32,331 bases of DNA from a virus (Duplodnaviria; Caudoviricetes): the IMG/VR virus record IMGVR_UViG_3300030330_002767, positions 1 through 32,331 of that record; one strand, written 5' to 3'. How positions within the stretch are numbered: the first letter of the stretch is position 1; every line of letters begins with the position of its first letter. This document shows, in pieces, positions 26,255-32,331 of the stretch. The notes under the pieces are model-generated. The model saw only the letters and a program-made list of their open reading frames with translations, did no database searches and was not told where the DNA came from. Position numbers and translations under genes: made by a program.

Positions 26255-26707
26255 CTAAAACATTTTCATCAGCATACTATCAGGATTGGACATCATGAGT
26301 CCAATAATTATAGAACCACCAATAATTAACCAACGCCATTTTTCTAATACGCCAACTCTTTCAGATAGTTGCGTTCTTACTGCTCTTATTTCGTTGAGTA
26401 ATTTATTTTCTGATTGATATTGTGATTCTCTTAAATCTCTTGCCTGTGTAGTAATCCTAGAATGTAATTCTTTGAGATCGGTATCCCATTCTTTTCTTCT
26501 TGCCTCTAAAGTAACAAATATATCATCATCGGTTTGTTCTGCTCGCTCTAGTTTTGTTTGCTGTTGAGCAATCATTCCTTTTAGTGATATTGTTATTTCT
26601 GTGAGTTTATCGACAGCAACTTCTAATCTTTGATGTATGAGTTCGCCAGTCTTGGCATCTTTTTTGAGTAGTGCTATCTCAGTCTTTAATTTTTCTAGGT
26701 CTGACAT
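26255..26707 (-). CDS. Coiled-coil protein with C-terminal TM segment
   Basis: ELHSRIT...RVGVLEKWRWLIIGGSIIIGL; TAAATA 5 nt upstream. Confidence 0.75.
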   Translation of the reverse strand: MSDLEKLKTEIALLKKDAKTGELIHQRLEVAVDKLTEITISLKGMIAQQQTKLERAEQTDDDIFVTLEARRKEWDTDLKELHSRITTQARDLRESQYQSENKLLNEIRAVRTQLSERVGVLEKWRWLIIGGSIIIGLMMSNPDSMLMKMF

Positions 26708-26715
26708 ACTTATAT

Positions 26716-27078
26716 TTATTCTTTAGGCTCATAGTATTCCTGATAAGATAATATAATCTGTCTTTGTTCTGCTAATTTATTTCGTATGTCTGCAAAGTTA
26801 AGTGCTATTTTTTCATAACCAGTATCAGTTAATGCAAATAAAGCGTAATCACCATTCTTTTCATTTTTTATCTTTTCAAAAACCTCGTCAGCGTTTTCTT
26901 TTGTAATAATAATCCAGTCAATATCTTGTAATTTTAGAGGGGCAGGTAACTCTAAGTTTAATGGTTCTCTTTTCTTTTCTATTGTATAAGTCTCTAATGT
27001 TTTAACACCAGCAGCACAACTACTCAGTAGTATTATCGCTAGGCCAGAAACTAGGACATTCCCTATTCGGTTTACCAT
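26716..27078 (-). CDS. Outer-membrane lipoprotein, putative o-spanin (Rz1-like)
   Basis: Lipobox LSSC; overlaps the 3' end of the upstream i-spanin-like gene. Confidence 0.7.
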   Translation of the reverse strand: MVNRIGNVLVSGLAIILLSSCAAGVKTLETYTIEKKREPLNLELPAPLKLQDIDWIIITKENADEVFEKIKNEKNGDYALFALTDTGYEKIALNFADIRNKLAEQRQIILSYQEYYEPKE

Positions 27079-27469
27079 TTAACTCCTCCTCTGTTAGTGG
27101 ACTACCAGACGCAATCTCCATACATCTAGCAGCACTATCACTTGCTTTGTTTATAATCTTTTCTACAAGACCAGGTTTATTTTCTGCAAGATTACCTATA
27201 TCATGTTTACCTAGTCTATTATTTAATGCGTCTCTATCTGCTTGTAATTTAGCATTGACTTCTTCTATCTCTTGAAGTGTAGAGCGTATCTTTTTTAAAT
27301 CTTGTGTTTGTTGTTCTATGACTGCCTTTTGATTTTCGACAGCAGATTCTAATTTGATTGCATTTTCTTTCAGAATAGCGTTGTCTTTTTGTAGTTTATT
27401 AACATACAAATAACCACCACCTGCACCTGCAAGTAGTATGACGATCAACGCTATTCTTAATTGAAACAT
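27020..27469 (-). CDS. Putative i-spanin (Rz-like)
   Basis: N-terminal TM segment, long coiled coil, KPGLVEKIIN, C-terminal Cys residues. Confidence 0.7.
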   Translation of the reverse strand: MFQLRIALIVILLAGAGGGYLYVNKLQKDNAILKENAIKLESAVENQKAVIEQQTQDLKKIRSTLQEIEEVNAKLQADRDALNNRLGKHDIGNLAENKPGLVEKIINKASDSAARCMEIASGSPLTEEELNGKPNRECPSFWPSDNTTE

Positions 27470-28050
27470 TATTTTATTTTTGCGTTTACTTTACGGTGTT
27501 TGTTCCAAGCCATGAAACCACCTAATCTTAAAGACCAATATGCTAAATAGTTCATTAAATAAAAACCATTTATCTCTATATTAATATCTCTAAAGATTTG
27601 ATCTGCTTTCTTTTGAGTAATTACACCAATAGTATCTTTTTTATTTTTACATAATAGTGTCTCATATTTGTAAGCATAATCGTGTACAAGACCACCTATG
27701 AGTAAAACACCAACTGGTGATAAAAACATATGCAAGAATTTAGGTATACTTGCACCATCAAATTTAAACCCAGCAGGTATGACAAATTTTTGATTATTTA
27801 TTTCATACTCAAAGTCTTTTGCGATTTCCCAATGTCTAACACCAAGTAACCACATTAATATCATTTTGAAAAAACCTTTGCCTTTAGTTGCAATCTTTAT
27901 AGGTTTCATCATAGGATAATCTGAGTATTTAAAATTAACTCTGTTATCAATTTTCTTATCAAAAAGATTGACAATAAAACCTATGATAATTAATGCAATT
28001 AGTATAGACCATTGCCAGAACTTCATAGCTAAAGTTATTAATATTTCCAT
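27469..28050 (-). CDS. DUF1353-family protein with N-terminal TM segment
   Basis: IPAGFKFDGASIP, VHDYAY, ADQIF. Confidence 0.82.
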   Translation of the reverse strand: MEILITLAMKFWQWSILIALIIIGFIVNLFDKKIDNRVNFKYSDYPMMKPIKIATKGKGFFKMILMWLLGVRHWEIAKDFEYEINNQKFVIPAGFKFDGASIPKFLHMFLSPVGVLLIGGLVHDYAYKYETLLCKNKKDTIGVITQKKADQIFRDINIEINGFYLMNYLAYWSLRLGGFMAWNKHRKVNAKIK

Positions 28051-28066
28051 TTTAGTCCTTTATAAT

Positions 28067-28228
28067 TTAACCTTGTTTTTTAACGACAGAGATAATACCC
28101 CATATGATAGCAGCCCACGCTAAAATGTTAACGAAAGGACCACCTAATACGATAAGGAGTCCAAGTGCGATTAGTGAAGCACCTGACCATGTTGATATCT
28201 CTTTTACTCTTCCTTTTACCCATTTCAT
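28067..28228 (-). CDS. Small two-TM protein (holin candidate)
   Basis: Probable start MKWVKGRVKEISTWSG at 28228 after RBS AAGGAG; the R..E.STW.G pattern is seen in small phage holin-like proteins. Confidence 0.6.
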   Translation of the reverse strand: MKWVKGRVKEISTWSGASLIALGLLIVLGGPFVNILAWAAIIWGIISVVKKQG

Positions 28229-28299
28229 TTGATTTTTCTCCTTTGTTGAATCGTCTCCCCATGCTGCCATCTCAGCAGGCATATAAAGACTTCTTATTC

Positions 28300-28455
28300 T
28301 TATTTCTTCTTTTTCAGTTCCTTTATCCATCTCTCTTTCACTTTCTTTACATTTTCTTTTTTTCTTAATGGATTAAGTGCTGCCATGGGTTTCATATACA
28401 AAGCATTGTATCCCATGCCATATTCTTTGACAAATTCTTTATATGATTTTGACAT
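28300..28455 (-). CDS. 51-aa basic protein
   Basis: Manual: MSKSYKEFVKEYGMGYNALYMKPMAALNPLRKK... Confidence 0.55.
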   Translation of the reverse strand: MSKSYKEFVKEYGMGYNALYMKPMAALNPLRKKENVKKVKERWIKELKKKK

Positions 28456-29412
28456 CTACTTTTTAGCAGCTCGAACTTTTTTCGCCAAGTCTTTATCAGC
28501 GCCGCCCCATGTTCCAGATGATTTAGTTACAAAACTATTTACTCTAGCAAGTGCCCATTGTTGTTGAGTTGCACCAGGTCTATGACCACCTTTCCATGCA
28601 GCCATACCTCGATTGTAAACTTGTTTCAGAATAGAGTAAGGCATACCAGTTTTCTTTGCTTTATTTTGTACTGCCTTGATAGTCTCATCTAAACTTACCT
28701 CAGATTTCATCGCCATCGCTTTCATCATTTTTGCTTTTTCTTTGATTTCGTCTTTTGGTATTTCTAAGTCTGGAATAGTTCTGTCGATAGTCTCTTTAAT
28801 TTTAAATCTTCTTAATAGTCTATCTCTCATTGTTTCCTTATCTTTCTTTTTCTTTATTACTACTGTTGATGAATCATCACCTGTTCCTGCGACTGCTGTA
28901 CCTGTAGCATTTGCTGGGGCATCTTCACCATACATCTTCTTAAACTTCTTAGTAAAAGTAGATGGTTTTGTTTTTGCCTTTGCATCACCAGGTGCTGGTT
29001 TGTAATCATCATCATCATCTGATTTACGATAAGGCTTTCTTGTTTTGAAAAAATCTGCTCTTTTCTTTTTTGTTTTTTTATCTAATGTTTTATAGTATTT
29101 TTTAGGTTGTGTACCTTTTACTTTCTTAACATCTTTATCTTGTGGTTGTCTATCCATATCATCATCAATTTGTTTTTCTAATGACTTTGCTTGTTTAGCG
29201 TGTAGACCACTTGCTTTTTTAAGACCTTTAATAACTGTTTTGACTTGTGCTGTATCGCCTTTGTCTAATTCTTCTTTATACTTATCAGACTTTCTTTTCG
29301 TGCCATCTGCTCTAGGTATTAAACCTTTTGCTTTTAGATGTGCTTTATCTGTAAATCCTGCTTTACCTGCTCGAAATCTTCTCATAGCGTCTCTAGTATT
29401 AGGCGTTGGCAT
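28456..29412 (-). CDS. Lys-rich protein with C-terminal DUF5824-like domain
   Basis: ILKQVYNRGMAAWKGGHRPGATQQQWALARVNSF...ADKDL. Confidence 0.7.
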   Translation of the reverse strand: MPTPNTRDAMRRFRAGKAGFTDKAHLKAKGLIPRADGTKRKSDKYKEELDKGDTAQVKTVIKGLKKASGLHAKQAKSLEKQIDDDMDRQPQDKDVKKVKGTQPKKYYKTLDKKTKKKRADFFKTRKPYRKSDDDDDYKPAPGDAKAKTKPSTFTKKFKKMYGEDAPANATGTAVAGTGDDSSTVVIKKKKDKETMRDRLLRRFKIKETIDRTIPDLEIPKDEIKEKAKMMKAMAMKSEVSLDETIKAVQNKAKKTGMPYSILKQVYNRGMAAWKGGHRPGATQQQWALARVNSFVTKSSGTWGGADKDLAKKVRAAKK

Positions 29413-29941
29413 ATAAGTCCTCCGTAGTTAAATATACATTCTTATATTTGAAAACATCATATCCCATAATAGTATCTGTTTTACCTTCAAATATAACTTC
29501 TTCATCTATATTTATGACTATATCACCTTCTAAATCTGTAATATTGCGTTTAACTCTATATGTACCAGGTCTTAATAACTCACCATAGTTCTCATTTACT
29601 TCAAACTCAAAACCTTTTTCTTTTAAGTGTTTGTAAACCACTTGTTCTACATAATCATTTTGACCATTTTCTTCTTTGAAAAATGCAAGTGCAGCTGCAG
29701 CTGCAGTACCTAATGGTCCTCTAATTCCTACTTTTGCTAATAATTTTTTGAGATTGAATACAAAACGAATGAGTAATGTATATGCTTTTCTTTGTCTTTG
29801 ATTTGTAATTTGTTTAGATTTAATTAAAACTTTACCTTTATCATCTATGATACCTAATTTAAATGCGTCTGTTTTATTGAAAGGTGTTACTAGAAGTTTT
29901 AATATTCTATAAGCAATAAATGCGTCTATAACTCTGCTCAT
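29399..29941 (-). CDS. Conserved T4-like hypothetical protein
   Basis: YRILKLLVTPF..TDAFKLGIIDDKG...RFVFNLKKL. Confidence 0.78.
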   Translation of the reverse strand: MSRVIDAFIAYRILKLLVTPFNKTDAFKLGIIDDKGKVLIKSKQITNQRQRKAYTLLIRFVFNLKKLLAKVGIRGPLGTAAAAALAFFKEENGQNDYVEQVVYKHLKEKGFEFEVNENYGELLRPGTYRVKRNITDLEGDIVINIDEEVIFEGKTDTIMGYDVFKYKNVYLTTEDLYANA

Positions 29942-30306
29942 ATTTTTCCTAACTCACTCATAACTTTTTGATTTATTCTTATATCTGTCATATCGTTTTC
30001 TGGCATATAATGTAGAAACACAAGAATAGTTTTTAATAATGGCCAATGTTTTCTATCTATTTTAAAAAATAATAAAGTAGTGGCAGCATCAATACCAAAT
30101 ACATTTGCAAGAATAATTATGTGATTGATTATTAATCTTGATTTTAATTCTTTAGTTGTATCATACTTTCTAAATAATCTTTTCAGATATTTAAATCGTT
30201 TCATATCATCTAAGAACTCTTTTTCGTCAATACAATGAGGATTATCATAATGTTTGATAGCAAACATATTGATGTTCTCAGGTGTCAACTCTTTAAAATC
30301 ACTCAT
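29938..30306 (-). CDS. Conserved T4-like hypothetical protein
   Basis: FAIKHYDNP.C...EF.DDMKRFKYLKRL...RLIINHIIIL.NVFG. Confidence 0.8.
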   Translation of the reverse strand: MSDFKELTPENINMFAIKHYDNPHCIDEKEFLDDMKRFKYLKRLFRKYDTTKELKSRLIINHIIILANVFGIDAATTLLFFKIDRKHWPLLKTILVFLHYMPENDMTDIRINQKVMSELGKI

Positions 30307-30346
30307 AATAAAACCAATCTGTACATATCAATATATATGTACTTAA

Positions 30347-30784
30347 TTAAACTAAATTTGCAAATACTTTGTAAGTGTTGTTAGATTGTTTTTCCCAATT
30401 GAATTCCAGTTTTAAACCACCTTCTTTTCTATGAGAAATACCATCGCCGTTTTCAATATCACCTTCACCTGAAGTAGTGTTATCAGATGTCTTGCCATAT
30501 CTTCCACCAAACTGAGAAACTTCTACTACTGATTTACCATTGTTACCATCAATTTTTGGTACAGTATATCTTAAACCAATAGTTTCTAGTCTCATCGCTA
30601 ATTGGTGCATAGCAGCGTCTGGTTGTAAATATTCTTTATCAGCGATTGCACCTACAAAAGCATTAACTCTTTTTAGTGATTCAGGATTTGCAATATCAAA
30701 GATACCCACATTATCATCTTCTACTGATTGATGAGCAAATCTATCTGTATATCCTGCTTCATTAAATTGTTTAAAGCTCTTCAT
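30347..30784 (-). CDS. Hypothetical protein, possibly virion-internal
   Basis: Probable start MKSFKQFNE at 30784; QFGGRYGK motif. Confidence 0.7.
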   Translation of the reverse strand: MKSFKQFNEAGYTDRFAHQSVEDDNVGIFDIANPESLKRVNAFVGAIADKEYLQPDAAMHQLAMRLETIGLRYTVPKIDGNNGKSVVEVSQFGGRYGKTSDNTTSGEGDIENGDGISHRKEGGLKLEFNWEKQSNNTYKVFANLV

Positions 30785-30944
30785 TTTGTTTTTCCTTTTT
30801 CTTTTTAGGTTTATCTTCTTCAACAACTAAATCTTTATTAGGATTTTCTGTTGTTATTTCAGAAAGAACCTCGTTAGAATCTTCGTATTGCTTTCTCGCT
30901 CTTGGCGATAGACCGTTTAATTCTTCCTGTGTTAGTTTGTCCAT
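30771..30944 (-). CDS. 57-aa hypothetical protein
   Basis: Manual: MDKLTQEELNGLSPRARKQYE...; RBS AGGAG. Confidence 0.6.
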   Translation of the reverse strand: MDKLTQEELNGLSPRARKQYEDSNEVLSEITTENPNKDLVVEEDKPKKKKEKQNEEL

Positions 30945-30956
30945 TAATCTTTTCTC

Positions 30957-31190
30957 CTATGAAGTCGCAATATCAAGAGCTTGTTGTTTTTCTGCTGGCA
31001 TTGGTGCGTCTTTGTCTGCAATCTCTTTTAAGAATACATCACATTGTTGTATTGCACCTGCCAAGGCATTCAAATTATTTCTCATAGTATTGATCTTGAC
31101 TTGACCTTCTTCAATTTGTTGTTTCACATTTTGAAAGTCTTTCTCTAAGTTAGACTTTCTCAATTCAATTTGTTCTTTAGTTATACTCAT
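30957..31190 (-). CDS. Small coiled-coil protein
   Basis: RBS GGAG; LNALAGAIQQCD. Confidence 0.72.
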   Translation of the reverse strand: MSITKEQIELRKSNLEKDFQNVKQQIEEGQVKINTMRNNLNALAGAIQQCDVFLKEIADKDAPMPAEKQQALDIATS

Positions 31191-31212
31191 AACATCTCCA
31201 TTCTATTAAGTA

Positions 31213-31232
31213 AGAGGGCCCGAAGGCCCTCT
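31213..31232 (-). terminator. UUCG-tetraloop hairpin (terminator or stabiliser)
   Basis: AGAGGGCC-TTCG-GGCCCTCT; the U-tract is weak. Confidence 0.6.
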
Positions 31233-31264
31233 AAAAGTTTTAAGTAACCAACTTACTCTAACTA

Positions 31265-31816
31265 TTAGGCGTCAGAGAATGCTGGAGCAGTATCGTCAGC
31301 AACGAAACCTGAAATGAAATAGACAGTTGAAGATTGTCCAACGATGTCGATTACATAAGCAGAAGGTGTTGCTAATGTTAGAATACTGTTTGAGTTACCA
31401 TCAGAGAATACTGTAGCAGATGTTTGACCAGTCTGGTTAGTATCGTGGTGTACTAGAGCACCTTTAAAGAATAAAGTGTTACCAGTAGTTTTGATGATGT
31501 GATCTGTAGCGTCTGCAGCCGCACCAGCGTAAATAAATCTGAAAGTCAGACCAGCACTTGGTGTTGGTAGAGTTACAGTTGTATTTTGTGATGTGTCAGG
31601 AAAAGCGTTTGTTCTTCCTGCGTTAGTAGCAGCAGTTGCTGTGATAGAAGCAGTATCTGCTAAAGATACAGGTGCTCTTAGAGCATTTTCCATCTCAGCG
31701 ATAGTTACTTTTTTATTTATTGGTGTTCCAGAAGGATCATCAACAACATGAAGTAAATCTTCTCTTGCTGTCGCAGTTCCTAATGAAGTTAAAGCGGTGA
31801 TTTTTTTATCAGCCAT
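31265..31816 (-). CDS. Putative virion structural protein
   Basis: [10 protein letters not shown]...[19 protein letters not shown]; A/T/S-rich beta composition; late promoter at 31925-31932. Confidence 0.7.
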   Translation of the reverse strand: MADKKITALTSLGTATAREDLLHVVDDPSGTPINKKVTIAEMENALRAPVSLADTASITATAATNAGRTNAFPDTSQNTTVTLPTPSAGLTFRFIYAGAAADATDHIIKTTGNTLFFKGALVHHDTNQTGQTSATVFSDGNSNSILTLATPSAYVIDIVGQSSTVYFISGFVADDTAPAFSDA

Positions 31817-31924
31817 TTTTTTCTCCCATTTTGTTACCCCTTATGTATTCGGGGAATATTAGCCCATACATTGATGTTATCTCGTAAGGGATCAATTGCA
31901 TAGGGCACTAATGCCCTATACGAA

Positions 31925-31932
31925 TATTTATA
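31925..31932 (-). promoter_or_regulatory. T4-type late promoter
   Basis: Exact TATAAATA. Confidence 0.7.
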
Positions 31933-31941
31933 ATAGTTTTA

Positions 31942-32331
31942 TTACGCAGTTACAGTAATTGTTCCAGCAGCAGTACCTATTGCAGCTGAGTTAGTAATTG
32001 TAGAAGCTGTATTTTGTTCTTGCATGATAAGACCAGCAGTATTACCTTCTAGTTCTATGAACTCGTCAGCACTACCGTCATTAGTTCCTGCTTCTAAAAC
32101 AAATTTTTCAGTTGCTTTCTCAGTAATGAAACCACTATTTAAAGCGATTGCATTTGCACCGATTGAAAGCTCATCACCAGCGTCTGTAGCAGCGTTACCA
32201 GCTGCAATTGCAAGTTGAAATGTAAGTCTGTTTGTTCCAGAACCACTAGTATATGATAATGTATGATTTGAATTGGTATCATTTACTACTGTTAATGTTG
32301 GTGTACCACCGTCTGTAGCAACTTCAACTTC
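31942..32331 (-). CDS. C-terminal part of a structural (Ig-like/fibre) protein
   Basis: Open frame from the window edge: EVEVATDGGTPTLTV...YTSGSGTNRLTF...AGTITVTA*. Confidence 0.7.
   Translation of the reverse strand, partial: EVEVATDGGTPTLTVVNDTNSNHTLSYTSGSGTNRLTFQLAIAAGNAATDAGDELSIGANAIALNSGFITEKATEKFVLEAGTNDGSADEFIELEGNTAGLIMQEQNTASTITNSAAIGTAAGTITVTA

Overview
An AT-rich 32.3 kb segment of a T4-like myophage genome, with essentially all genes on the minus strand. The host is probably a marine alphaproteobacterium (SAR11/pelagimyophage-like), inferred from the alphaproteobacterial-type two-piece tmRNA and the curli-like locus. Recognisable core genes: gp32 SSB, gp59, gp33, RNase H, gp61 primase, nrdA/nrdB, glutaredoxin, ferredoxin, GH108 endolysin and a spanin pair. 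The most notable features are: (1) a curli/type VIII secretion-like cassette (CsgF, CsgG, two curlin-repeat proteins) in one operon with a FecR-domain protein and a CHASE2 sensor; (2) an intact tRNA-Thr(UGU) nested in-frame, on the same strand, inside a translationally coupled CDS; (3) a circularly permuted tmRNA with tag ANYNNFALAA; (4) a late small-ORF transcript with 5'-3' fold-back pairing that also carries a perfect 20-nt complement to the leader of a small membrane-protein gene 16 kb away; (5) two unassigned structured RNA candidates; (6) many sigma70 and late promoters placed to give leaderless mRNAs. All family assignments come from motif recognition by eye, not database searches.
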